A stretch of 64,000 bases of DNA. Source: Okamejei kenojei (Eukaryota). Shown piece after piece: positions 52,510 to 64,000 of this stretch. Made by a program: the position numbers and the translations under genes. Numbering within the stretch: the stretch's first letter is position 1; each line of letters opens with the position of its first letter. Under the pieces are notes generated by a model that saw nothing but the letters and a program-made list of their open reading frames with translations, did not search any database and had not been told where the DNA came from. Location of the stretch: the NCBI GenBank assembly GCA_035221665.1, contig CM069154.1, forward strand, positions 34,224,001 to 34,288,000, read 5' to 3'.

Positions 52510-52730
52510 AAGAAGGAACTGCAGATGCTGGAGAATCGAGGGTTACACAAAAATCTGGAGAAACTCAGCGGGTGCAGCAGCATCTAAGGAGCGAAGGAGA
52601 TAGGCGACGTTTTGGGTCGAGACCCTTCTTCAGACTGAAGAAGGGTCTCGACCCGAAACGTCGCCTATCTCCTTCGCTCCTTAGATGCTGATGCACCCGC
52701 TGAGTTTCTCCAGCTTTTTGTGTAACCCCC
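52510..52730. mobile_element. Near-perfect palindromic Penelope end pair (subfamily B)
   Basis: 94-bp arms 52540-52633 and 52635-52728. TSD ATCTTCT[T/C]AGGGTA at 52493-52506 and 52732-52745. Inserted in an old LINE tail. Confidence 0.88.
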
Positions 52731-54227
52731 CATCTTCTCAGGGTAATTAGGAACAGCAATTAATGCTGGCCTTTTCAGCGAGAGCCAGAGCGTATAAATG
52801 AAGTTTCAGGGAAAATGCGTTGACATGCAATGGAAAGTATGCATGGGCCAAGTATCATATGTTTTAATAAACTATTTCACAGTCCTTTTGCCCACAGTAC
52901 ACTCAACTTGGCAGTGCTGATGCAAATATTGCCTCAATATAGGAACCATATTTTCTGTGGGAGTTAGGACAATGCCCTTATCAGGAAAAAAAGGTACCAT
53001 GATGGAAACCACAAATACAGCAAAAAATGTCTGTGGTACAATCAAAGAGAGGAGAACGAGTCAGTACTTCAGAGATGTCGAGGGGTTCAGATATAAGATT
53101 ATTACATTGGTTTTGTTTATTGGGTTCCATTTCCAATATTTTCTGTTTTGAATTCAGATTTGTAGCTGATTATTTTACTTTATTTACTGTGGCTTCAACT
53201 TTTCATCCTCCTACTGAGCTTGCTAATTAAATATGAGTCAGAGTCTTATGTTATGCATTCTCATTGATGCAAATTCATTTAGTTTAGTTTTTGTTGTGCA
53301 ACTTTCTAAGGCAGATTACTTTGATCTCATCAGATCTGGGTGGCTCCAAGTTCTGTTTGATTCTTCAGAGATCCCGCAGACCTATTGATTCAAGACTTTT
53401 AATTGAATTTCCCAGATGAAACAGCAATATTCCACCCACTGCTCCTTCACATTGCCATTTTTTTCCCTACAATTGTTTTCCTCTTGTTGATGTTTTCCCT
53501 GAGGGCAGGGTTTTTGTTAGATGTTAGTTCATGAACCTCAAATGCCCTGTGCTACTTTCGTTATGCATAAATATTAAACAGGCTATTCAACTGTTGAAGG
53601 AAATTACAGCCAGCACCACCAATTTACAAGCCATTTTTAATGTCAACAGCAAGTTGGAATTCTAGCAAATTTCCCCTCCCTAACCTAGGTGCAGAGAACT
53701 GTTCAAGCAGATCACTGCTCAACTAAGATGTTTCACCTTATCACAGATTGACAATCGAAATGACTCCATATTTATACTCCATATTTATGATTCAGTTGTC
53801 CTTTGGTAAGACTTGTTCGACAGATGGGCTTGAAACTAAATGGTGCATGATAATGTAGACTAATATTTATAGTCCATAATCTTCATGTTCATCAATAAAG
53901 GTATCTCCCACTTCAAGTCCGCAATACTGAATGTATTTTGCAGACACATCTTTGCATTGTTCTGTGCTCCAAAATGTATCATTTGAGCTTTGATTCTTAA
54001 ATCTGGCGAGTACCTTCTTGGTCAATAACAGTACAACGTTCAGCATCAGTAAAACACAGACACAAAAATATGTGCTTCCACTTTTAAGAGTGCACAGAAT
54101 TAGAAACGATAAATTTAAGCTGTTCACCAATGATCTTGTCAGGAATTCAGCAGATTCTCATTAAAATTCAGAAATGATTGAAAATGGTACTTGCTATTAC
54201 AAAATGTACCTTGGCAACCAAAGGAAA

Positions 54228-56366
54228 TTGGTGGCTGGTTTGGCTCAGCCACCAAGCACGACACCTGGAGGCTGCAGCGAATCATCCGATCAGCAGAGAA
54301 GATTATTGGCTGCAACCTTCCCTCCATTGATGAACTGTACACTGCAAGGGCCAGGAAGCGAGCGGGCAAGATCATCTCTGACCCCTCTCACCCTGGCCAC
54401 AAACTCTTTGAATCACTTCTCTCTTGATGGCGACTCCAGACTGTCAATTAAATATTGCCATAAATATTGCGACTCCGGACTGTCAATTAGAAGCTGCCAC
54501 AGCCAGACATACCGTGGCTTGCGAAAGTTTTCATACGCCTTGAACTTTTCCACATTTTGTCACGTTACAACCACAAACGTAAATGTATTTTATTGGGATT
54601 TTATGTGATAGACCAACACAAAGTGGCGCATAATTGTGAAGTGGATGGAAAATTATACATGGTTTTCAAATTTTTTTTTACAAATAAAAAACTGAAAAGT
54701 GTGGCATGCAAAAGTAGTCAGCCCCCTTTACTCTGATACCCCTAAATAAAATCCAGTGCAACCAATTGCCTTCAGAAGTCACCTAATTAGTAAATAGAAT
54801 CCACTTGTGTGTAATCTAATCTCAGTATAAATACAGCTGTTCTGTGAAGGCCTCAGAGGTGTGTTAGAGAACATTAGTGAACAAACAGAATCATGAAGCC
54901 CAAGGAACACACCAGACAGGTCGGGGATAAAGTTGTGGAGAAGTTTAAAGCAGGGTTAGGTCATAAAAAAAATCCCAAGCTTTGAACATCTCACGGAGCA
55001 CTGTTCAATCCATCATCCGAAAATGGAGAGTATGGCACAACTGCAAACCTACCAAGACATGGCCGTCCACCTAAACTGACAGGCCAGGCAAGGAGAGCAT
55101 TGATCAGAGAGCAGCCAAGAGGCCCATGGTAACTCTGGAGGAGCTGCGAGATTCACAGCTCAGGTGGGAGAATCTGTCCACAGGACAACTATTTGTCATG
55201 CACTCCACAAATCGGGCTTTTATGGAAGAGTGGCAAGAAGAAAGCCATTGTTGAAACAAAGCCATAAGAAGTCCCGTTTGCAGTTTGCCACAAGCCATGT
55301 GGGGACACAGCAAACATGTGGAGGAAGGTGCTCTGGTCTGATGAGACTAAAATTGAAGTTTTTGGCCTAAATGCAAAACGCTATGTGTGGCGAAAAACTA
55401 ACACTGCACATCACGCTGAACACACCTTCCCCACTGTGAAACATGGTGGTGGCAGCATCATGCTGTGGGGATGCTTTTCTTCAGCAGGGACAGGGAAGCT
55501 GGTCAGAGTTGATGGGAAGATGGATGGAGCCAAATACAGGGCAATCTTGGAAGAAAACCTGTTAGAGTCTGCAAAAGACTTGAGACTGAGGCGGAGGTTC
55601 ACCTTCCAGCAGGACAACGACCCTAAACATACAGCCAGAGCTACAATGGAATGGTTTAGATCAAAGCATATTCATGTGTTAGAATGGCCCAGTCAAAGTC
55701 CAGAGCTAAATCCAATTGAGAATCTCTGGCAAGACTTGAAAATTGCTGTTCACAGACACTCTCCATCCAATCTGACTGAGCTTGAGCTATTTTGCAAAGA
55801 AGAATGGGCAAACATTTCAGTCTCTAGATGTGCAAAGCTGGTAGAGACATACCCCAAAAGACTTGCAGCTGTAATTGCAGCGAAAGGTGGTTCTACAAAG
55901 TATTGGCGGGGGGGGGGCAGAATAATTTTGCACGCCACACTTTTCAGTTTTTTATTTGTAATAAAATTTGGAAACCATGTATCATTTTCCTTCCACTTCA
56001 CAATTATGCACCACTTTGTGTTGGTCTATCACATACAAATCCCAATAAAATACATTTACGTTTGTGGTTGTAACGTGACAAAATGTGGAAAAGTTCAAGG
56101 GGTATGAAAACTTTTGCAAGCCACTGTAAAAACAGTTTTTATCCACGAGTAGTTGCTCTACTCAACAGTCAAAAATCTGTAGCCTCCCTTTGATCTGGCA
56201 TTTTGTTGGTTCACATACTTGATCAATGGTGTTTTATCATTAACGTTTTATTATTATGTTTTTGAGTCATTCGTAATTGTCACTGTATGTCATGCTGTTA
56301 CTTGTGGGCGGAGCACCAAGGCAAATTCCTTGTATGTGAATACTTGGCCAATAAACTTACTTACTT
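54228..56366 (+). mobile_element. Rex1/Babar 3' fragment hosting the Tc1
   Basis: WFGSATKHDTWRLQRIIRSAEKIIG...DPSHPGHKLF, resuming after the Tc1 as KNSFYPRVVALLN. Tail AATAAACTTACTTACTT. Confidence 0.8.
54512..56126 (+). mobile_element. Full-length (1615 bp) Passport-like Tc1 DD34E transposon, transposase frameshifted
   Basis: TA TSD at 54510-54511 and 56127-56128, ~215-bp TIRs. ATG 54893 MKPKEHTRQV. ORF 55316 has WSDETK...QQDNDPKH...LNPIE with 34 residues between D and E, ending AKGGSTKY. Confidence 0.93.
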
Positions 56367-57575
56367 AGAAGAACAGCAGTTGGAGCAAACACATGAACAC
56401 AGTCCAGTTTTAGGGCTGTGAATGTTATAGGGTGGCAGGGCATATTGGATAATTGTAGAAAGCACACAATAGCATAATTGTCCTCGTTATCATATTACTC
56501 CTTTAAACTGCATTCCCTCTGATATCCTTAACATGTTTAGCCCCTCTCATGTATGTGATTCATTAACAAATTTCACTTGCGAATCCACAAGGTGAATTTA
56601 TAACACTGGCCCATTAATCTTACAGCCATCTGTCAGCACTGTGGATGTGAACCTCTCACAGCCCAAGCTTCAAAAGAGAAAGACAATTCCCAACGTAAAT
56701 CAATGGGAAATATTTCAACATCTAATGTCTGGAGGTGACAACAAAAAATGCTATTAAAGAACAGTTTTTAAATACATTTGGGCTGAGATAAAATAACAGT
56801 TTTACATTATGCCAGAAGTCATGTACAGATCTATAGCCTTGAAGGACCACAAAAGACAAACATTTCACAATGAAAATATGAAACAACACCACAGCTCTCA
56901 GACTTTCGATATAATGAAACCCCCGAGAGCATGTTTATCACATGAGGTAATGTTTTGAATGGCAGTTGTACTGCTTACCTTATACATTTGTTAGTCCCAA
57001 TGAAAAATATACATTTATTCACACTGATTGCAGACACATGTTATGAGTGTTACAGTACACTGCATTTGTTACAGTTCCTTCGCACTAAATGTTAACATTT
57101 TTCATCTGTTCTTATTTACTGTCTCCTCCAAACCAAAGAAAAATTAGTTGTATTTCAACACAGATTTCCTTCGCTAAAAAGCATCTTCGCTTTATTGTAA
57201 AATGTTTATACAATGAAATCTATAAATTCTTCCTGGGCTAAAACCTCTTTCTTTCTCCATAGAAGCTACTTGAAGTCCTTGTTATTTTCAGCATTTTACG
57301 TTCTTCTTTCAAATGTCCTCCTCTAATTCCTTCACACTGCTATGAAGTACCGTGACGTGTTTGTTGCTTTGTGGTTGAATCAAATGGAAACAGTTCCAGG
57401 AGTTTCGTTTTTTGTGAAATTCGAAGTTACGTGAACATAATAGGAGCAGGAGTCTACTGCTCTATTCTCTCCATACCCATGACTGCGTGGCCGGCTCACT
57501 AATGCCTCGACTTCCTTAGAGGTTTGAGGAAATTTGGCACATCATTGTATACTCTAACAAATTTCTATAGATGTA

Positions 57576-57660
57576 CCAGACTAAGTGGAACCCGTTGGGT
57601 CCCAGTCACATGGGATGCCTGGTCCCCCAACGCAACCCATTCCCCAACGCAATATTCCAG
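57576..57660 (-). mobile_element. Helitron-like 3' end
   Basis: Minus strand GGGACCC-AAC-GGGTTCC hairpin, then ACTTAGTCTGG|T (CTRR terminus before T). Confidence 0.65.
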
Positions 57661-57908
57661 GGGGGGGGGGGGGGGTGTTGCGGAGGGGGGGGGGGTGTGG
57701 GAGTTGTGTGGGAGGGGGGTGTGTGGACGGGGGGGTGGGCGGGGGTGTTGTGGGGTGGGGAGGGGTGTGTGGGCAGGGGGGAGTGGGGGAGGGGTGTGTG
57801 GGCGAGCGGGTTATGGGGTGGGGGGGTTGTGGGGTTGAAGGGTGTGGGGGCGGGGGGTGTGTGTGGGTGGGGGGGTGGGCAGGGGGGAATGGGTGTGGGG
57901 GAGGGGAT
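57660..57908 (+). repeat. G-rich low-complexity tract (G4-prone)
   Basis: More than 20 G-runs of 3 or more separated by short GT linkers. Confidence 0.9.
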
Positions 57909-58095
57909 GGGTGACATTTTGGGTCAAGACCATTCTTCAGACTAGTTACGGAAAAGGGAAACAAGAGATATAGGTAGTCTCCCTTTTCATGAAACGTCAC
58001 CCATTCCAGAGAAGCTGCCTGTCCTGTTGAGTTACTCCAGCTTTTTGTGTCTATCTTCAGTTTAAACCAGCATCTGCAGTTCCTTCCTACACATC
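57905..58095. mobile_element. Inverted Penelope end pair
   Basis: GGGTGACATTTTGGGTCAAGACC..CTTCAG and GAAACGTCACCCATTCC...CAGCATCTGCAGTTCC. Confidence 0.7.
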
Positions 58096-58663
58096 AAGGC
58101 TCTGAATTGGCTTAAATTCTGAAATTCCCAATCAAGTAACTTTGAATTAAATTTGCTCACTTGAAAAAGTAATAATCATTGCAATGATCATTAACTTTTT
58201 TTTAAACCCAATTTAAATATTCAGAGCGAATGGCACAAAGCAAAAGATAGAGCTTGCAACAAAAGATTTATGCTGAGCTAACAACACAAGCCCAAACGTT
58301 TTAATTCTTAGTTTGGACTGTTCTTATCCATGAGTTAATGAAAAGACAGCAGCAGAACCATTTGCTTGCGTTTATGTTGTAAGATATCTGGTCCTCCCTA
58401 AAACATTCCAAGACACAAGGACACTTTTCTACATGGCATTCAATTAATTTTACTCTCACGGCAACTACAGACTTTAGAAAGAAGATTTTGTTTTAATGTA
58501 AAATGCTGATTGCAAGCATGGAATGATAAATAAGAACAAAGATGCTTTTAGGGAAAGGTTACGGTGGGTGGGTGGGGGGGGGGGGGGGAGAGGGTGATGG
58601 ATAGTGAGAGTAGTAAGAGAAAGAACAAAGAATCACAAATCATGACTGGATCTAATCTCCATT

Positions 58664-59030
58664 CACTGTTAAAACTCTGACACTCCAGTATCCAATTGTC
58701 AGGATAGCCAGATGGTCTAGCATCCAACTCACTCATTTGTCTGGAGTACGAGTCAGGGGGTCTGAAGCGCAAGCAGGGTTTGGACTATCAGCCGGATGTG
58801 CAGCCGGAGTCAGAGTGGACTGGTACTTACAAGCTGAAACTCACTGGGTTCTATTGCCTACTTCCTTTACTTGGCTCACTGAAAAATATCTCACACGGTG
58901 GAATGATTGACGAAAATAGTGAAATAAAAATTTGCTGAGGTATTCATAAAAGTAACATCCAACAGTACAGAAAACCTGCTAATCCCCACCATCAAAGTCG
59001 CAAGGTGCCAATTATTGGAGTTTACAGTAA
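58664..59030. mobile_element. Possible degraded Tigger/pogo-type MITE
   Basis: Weak terminal inverted similarity: CTGTTAAAACTCTGA... and ...GGTGCCAATTATTGGAGTTTACAGTA. Confidence 0.35.
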
Positions 59031-59179
59031 TTAAATTCAATGCTTTTTTTCTTCTTAAGCCATAAGTGAATCAGTGAATAGCATTCACAGATGGCTTTGC
59101 TGGTTCTGTAACATTTCAGAGTACGAGTCTGCCACACCTGCTTTTATTGCTTTGTAACCAACATAATTGCTTTTTAATC

Positions 59180-59315
59180 TAAGATAGGCAGAAAAAGCTG
59201 GAGTAATTCAGCTGTTAGTGGTCGGACAACAGCTCTGGAGAAAAGGAATAGGTGTTGTTTCGGGTCAAGACCCTTCTTCAGTTTAAACCAGCATCTACAG
59301 TTCCTTCCTACACAT
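59180..59315. mobile_element. Penelope end with inversion
   Basis: Minus hammerhead-like GTTTCGGGTCAAGACCCTTCTTCAG joined to plus-strand tail TTTAAACCAGCATCTACAGTTCC. Confidence 0.65.
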
Positions 59316-60599
59316 TGCTTTCTATTTACTTCTTCTCATAGCTTCCAAACCAATGCTAAACACTGAATTATTGCAGCTATTTTCATTAATGCACGACTAT
59401 AGGCAAAGATATAATAAACAAAAAAAATGCTTCACAGCTGTTACCTTGAGGCAAGCAGATAGCATTTGATGTGATTTACTTTGCAATTAGTACCAGTAAA
59501 AACAAAGGATTAAACGTGACATCCATACAGATTAAATGATTTGGAACGGTTTTTATCTGGGAATAAACCCCAGGAAAATGATCATTCAATTTGCTGCCAT
59601 TTGAGTAGCGAGTGACGAGGAAATAACGTTTTCCAGATAAAAAGGAGTGACTTTCCAGACATTACAAGAAAAATAAAATCACAATGAAGAGAAATTGAAG
59701 AGAAACTGATGTGTAAAATAAAATAATGAGATTTAATAAGGCAATCAGAGAGGGAAATAATGAGGTACCTGTAATCCTAATGCAAGCAAAGATAGAATTG
59801 ATTTAAAAAATTCAGAATGGAGGGTAAAGGACATTACTATGATCATCATTGGAAGAATGCAATGGCAACATTTCCAACGCACAAGAACTCAAGAGGCTAC
59901 AGAGAGTTGTTGACTGAGGGTGCAGTCCTGACCCGATCTCCACCATCAAAAGCATCTACCATCTATCATCAAGGATCCCCACCATTCAGGACCCATACCC
60001 TCATATCACTGCTACTATTCGGCAGGAGGTACAAAAGCCTGAATTCTCACACTACATCAGGTACAGCTACTTTCCTACAACTATCTGGTTCATGAAACAA
60101 TTTGCAAAACCCTAATCATACCTCAGCCACAGAACACCACAGGCACTTCTCGCACTGCCATGGACTTTCTAATTCTGTTTTTGCACTAATGTCTTGTTTA
60201 CACAGGTTTTTTTCACAAGCCGTCAGCTGACTTTGAATGAAGATTTATGGAGGGTAAAGAAAGGAAGGAACCCCAGCCTTGAACAGCCTACTCCAAAGGT
60301 GACATGGGCTACAGCAGAAAAGGAGCTGATGGGAGGCAGAGCCGAACAACGTTACAGAAATGGAAATTATTTCAACAGCTTCTTCACTTTAATGGAGCTA
60401 AAACATTATTGGAAATTTTGGTGAAGATGGGCATGGATTTTAGAGGCAGTGTGTGGATTTTGGACTGGCCAAGGGATTTGACAATAAAATGGTGGTCAAC
60501 GGTTATTTGCCTTAGGACATGAATGGTGATGACAGGTTTGAGTAATAGGAGAACAGATCCTAAGGAAAACTATTAATAATTTCACAAGAAGTAATGCCA

Positions 60600-61195
60600 T
60601 GTTACCAGGGCCTTAAAAACACAAGATCTTATTTTGAGAGATATATTTTTGAAAAGCATGTAAGTTATACTAAAACTACATCAAATCTTGGTTAGACCAC
60701 AGTTGTGTATTGCGTATAATACTGGGGTCTATAACATAGGAAGGACTCACAGGCAGTGAGAGGGTGAAGAGAAAATTAACAAGGATTATAGCAGACATGT
60801 GAGGCCATACACATTTTTAGGAAAGGAAGATCAGACTTCTTTCTCTGAAGAAGGCTGACAAGTGACCTAATGGAGGTCTGGGAAAGTGTTTTCAAAAAGA
60901 ACGCGTCCATTTGTAGAGATGAGCATAAGTGGATTAATAAGTCAACATCTGTATGTTAATTACAAATAAATGCAATAGGGAATTCAAAAGAAGGTTTTAT
61001 CCAAATGTGGAACTTGTGACTGGCTAAATAGTACATTCACAGGAGGTTGGACGAGACCACGATGAAGAAGGAACTAGAGGGTTATGATGATAGATCCAGA
61101 TGAGGAAAGAGAAGGAGAGGTTTAATTGGAAGACAACCACCAGCATAAACATGTTGGGCCAAATAGCCGGTTTCTATGCTGTATGTTTAATGTAA
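60600..61195 (+). mobile_element. Old CR1 3' fragment
   Basis: Decayed LVRP.L.Y motif and tail GGGCCAAATAGCCGGTTTCTATGCTGTA. Confidence 0.5.
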
Positions 61196-61244
61196 CCCAA
61201 TATAAGTTTGTAATCAGGCCAATGGTAATCGATCACTGAAAAAG

Positions 61245-61472
61245 CCTGAAGAAGGGTCTTGACCCAAAACGTCACCCATTCTTTCTGCCTATCCCGTTGA
61301 GTTGCTCCAGCATGTTGTGTCTATCTTTGGTATAAACCAGCATTTGCAGATCCTTCCTACACATAGGAGATTTATTTAAGGTAGACACAAAATGCTGGAG
61401 TAACTCAGCGGGACAGGCAGCATCTCTGGAGAGAACGAATGGGCGACGTTTCGAGTCGAGACCCCTTCTTCA
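61245..61472. mobile_element. Two convergent Penelope 3' ends
   Basis: Plus copy 61245-61365, minus copy 61380-61472 with TTTATTTAA direct repeats. Confidence 0.75.
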
Positions 61473-61499
61473 TTCTTTATTTAACCTGGTTTTACTGAA

Positions 61500-62010
61500 A
61501 CTACCCTGTTACATCCTGTAACATCTATCATCCTCACCCCTGTCTCAGTCAAAATACTTTTGGAAATTCATCCAAGATTAACGTTTCACATTCCTGGCCA
61601 GCTTCCTTTGTTCACCCTTCATAATCTTGAAGTCATCCAAATGTTCACACACCATCGTATGTTTAGTGATTTACACTGAATTTCGTTGAAGCCTTGCTTT
61701 TAACATTTATATTCTCATTTTAAATGATTTTCATTGCTGTTGCTCACCATATCTCTGTAATTCTCCCATAAATTGTAATCCAATGCAGAATCTGCACCCC
61801 TCTAATTCTATTTTGCTCATCCTCAAATGTAATTATTCATCCATTGGTTTATTGTCCTTGAGGATGCTGTTAAAAACCTACCTCTTCACCAAAGTTTTGA
61901 TAATACTCAAGTACCTCCACATATGGCTATGCAAAGCTTATTTAATAACACTCCGTGAAGTGTCCTAAAAGATTTCCCAGAATTAAAGGCATTATAAACT
62001 ACAAATTGTT
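61500..62010 (+). mobile_element. Old L2-type LINE 3' end
   Basis: TTAAAAACCTACCTCTT and tail GTGAAGTGTCCT...TTAAAGGCATTATAAACTACAAATTGTTG. Confidence 0.5.
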
Positions 62011-62574
62011 GCAATGGGTATATCCACTAAGTTATGAGGTCAATTTAGTGCACATGAGGAGAGTATCTATTTAACGATACTGTACACAATCTGATAGAAA
62101 ACCGAGTTTTATATTCTTTCAATAAATAAGTGAGTAGGCAATATGCCAAGCATTATAGCTCCATGTAATTTGAGTAATACTCTGTTGGAAGTACTTTAAT
62201 GTCAAAAATCCTCATTTTGGGAGCAACTTAATTAAATACATAAGTAAAACAAGGACATGAACTTCATTGCCATATACTGAGAACGAGAAAAACGCGTAGC
62301 CATTAATGTTAGTATATGATTAGGAGGTCAGATGTTTAATTCAAACCACAACAACATTATTAAACTTCAATTTAAATTTATAATGGCTTTTAAACAAAAT
62401 GACCAACAACATTGGTCATGTGGAAACACACCCGCTATTGCCAAGAAGTGACCACTCAAGCATTGACATAGAATCAAATATCTGGGACAAGCATCATCAT
62501 CTGTGAGACTCTCTCTCACTGCTCCCAGTCTGTAAATCCTGCTGCTCTCCTGGTCTTCAGCCATATTCCGGCCC

Positions 62575-62730
62575 AGATCTTACTTGCTAGGCTTTATCCC
62601 ATCCCCACCTTTCCTTTCCAGCTCTCTCCCCCTACTACACTCAGTCTAAAGAAGAGTCCCAACCCAAAATGCCACCTATCTATTCCCTCCACAGATGCTG
62701 CCCGACCCACTGAGTTATTCCAGCACTTTA
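62575..62730 (+). mobile_element. Degenerate Penelope 3' end
   Basis: TCAGTCTAAAGAAGAGTCCCAACCCAAAATGCC...GAGTTATTCCAGCAC. Confidence 0.6.
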
Positions 62731-64000
62731 TATTATTACATTTTTTTAAAGGGTTGGCTGAGGGACAGAATATGTACATAGTCAAAGTGGATTATGTTTT
62801 CCACTTTGAATGATTTTAGTTTAAACAAATCTTTCAATGCAAGTTTGTGATCATTAGGAGTTCAGGACATTGTGCTGAAAGGGTTTACATTCTCACTACA
62901 GACATCCTTCAGGGCAAACATTACATGGGAATCCTGCTTCTCTGTTCAAAGAGATTTAAGGCTTAAATAGGAAGGCGGCAAAGTTGGAATTCTAAAAGAA
63001 CAAGAAAATGAAGGAAAGGCCTTGATCGTTAAAACTAATCACTTAGGTGTCAGACTTCAACAAAAACAAACTCAGAGTTTTAGCTTAATTGTAATTATTC
63101 ATTGCTATTTCACGATTAGTTTTCAAGATAACCAATATCCAGGGAGAACAGCCTCAACTCAGCAAAGCTATTAAAATACTCAAATCTTCTGGGCTGCTCC
63201 ATTGATAAAGCAAAAGAGATAAGAGCCTTTTTAATTACAACAAAATAATTAAGGACAAATAATAGAATGTGCGATTATGGTAAAATGGAGATCTGCAGTA
63301 GCATATCATATTCGTACAATGCAAACAAATCGCAAAACAAAGAAAATATTTATTAAAAAATCATTTATTTATCCATAGTTGTAGATCCACGATCAAAACC
63401 TCAAAAATAAGGAAAAAAATCAAAGAAAAAGACCATTGCACTATCTTAATCTAAAGGAACAAATCTTCTATTGACAAATTTACATCGTATTGGCAGACCC
63501 CAGTAGGGCTGATCATTCTTTCGAAGTAGCTCGTCCTTCTGATGCGCCATATGTAAATTTACTACTTCTATCATACTCATGAGTGGTTCACAGGTTCTTG
63601 CTATGAACTTCCACAATTTGATTTATCGAGGTACAAAATAAATGCATTTGAAGCAGATAACAATGTGATGAAACGCGACAGTGTCAATTGTGAGCTCTCA
63701 GCACCATGTGACAAGGAAGTGGCCATCGTTTATGGAAGGCCAATATATCTTGTTGCAAGTTTTGTCATGCACAGATATAGTTGATTCAAGGCATTTTAGT
63801 CATTAACTTGATGTTTCCACTAATAGTGAGCAACATTGTTCAAAAATTGGAGTAGCCAAATGGCCTCCTTCAGTGCAAGAATCTTCCTTAGATACTAGTG
63901 ACTATATCAGATAAAGTACATGTTCTACAGCAGGTGCTGTAGAGCTGTAACACTAGGTGTCCTCAGCAAGCTATACAACACATGTCGCTCTCTGGAAGGA

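Noticed and set aside
57524-58000. Gly-rich and Pro-rich ORFs on both strands
   Set aside because: Artefacts of the G-rich tract.
1031-62730. CRISPR-like or REP-like interpretation of the recurring palindromic repeat
   Set aside because: Eukaryotic context, dispersed rather than regularly spaced, no cas genes, and directly linked to Penelope GIY-YIG fragments.

Overview
Vertebrate genomic DNA, by inference from a cartilaginous fish (skate/ray-like), because it carries HE1/V-SINE, Deu-SINE, CR1, Rex1/Babar and Penelope families typical of elasmobranchs. The only host coding sequence I can support is one 135-bp minus-strand exon (7198-7332) encoding a calcium-binding EGF module of a SCUBE gene, most like SCUBE3. 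I found no other SCUBE exon, so the rest is probably intron. It is dense in transposable elements: about 20 Penelope-like fragments whose 3' ends carry a minimal hammerhead-ribozyme motif (often as inverted pairs with target-site duplications), two large Rex1/Babar LINEs, a full-length Passport-like Tc1, a second deleted Tc1, hAT elements, Helitron-like elements, a Harbinger-type end, many SINEs and an isolated 5S rRNA copy. Two multi-layer TE nests lie at ~40.1-43.9 kb and ~48.9-52.0 kb. There is a 302-N assembly gap at 42384-42685. Boundaries of degenerate repeats are approximate, and family names come from recalled motifs, not database searches.
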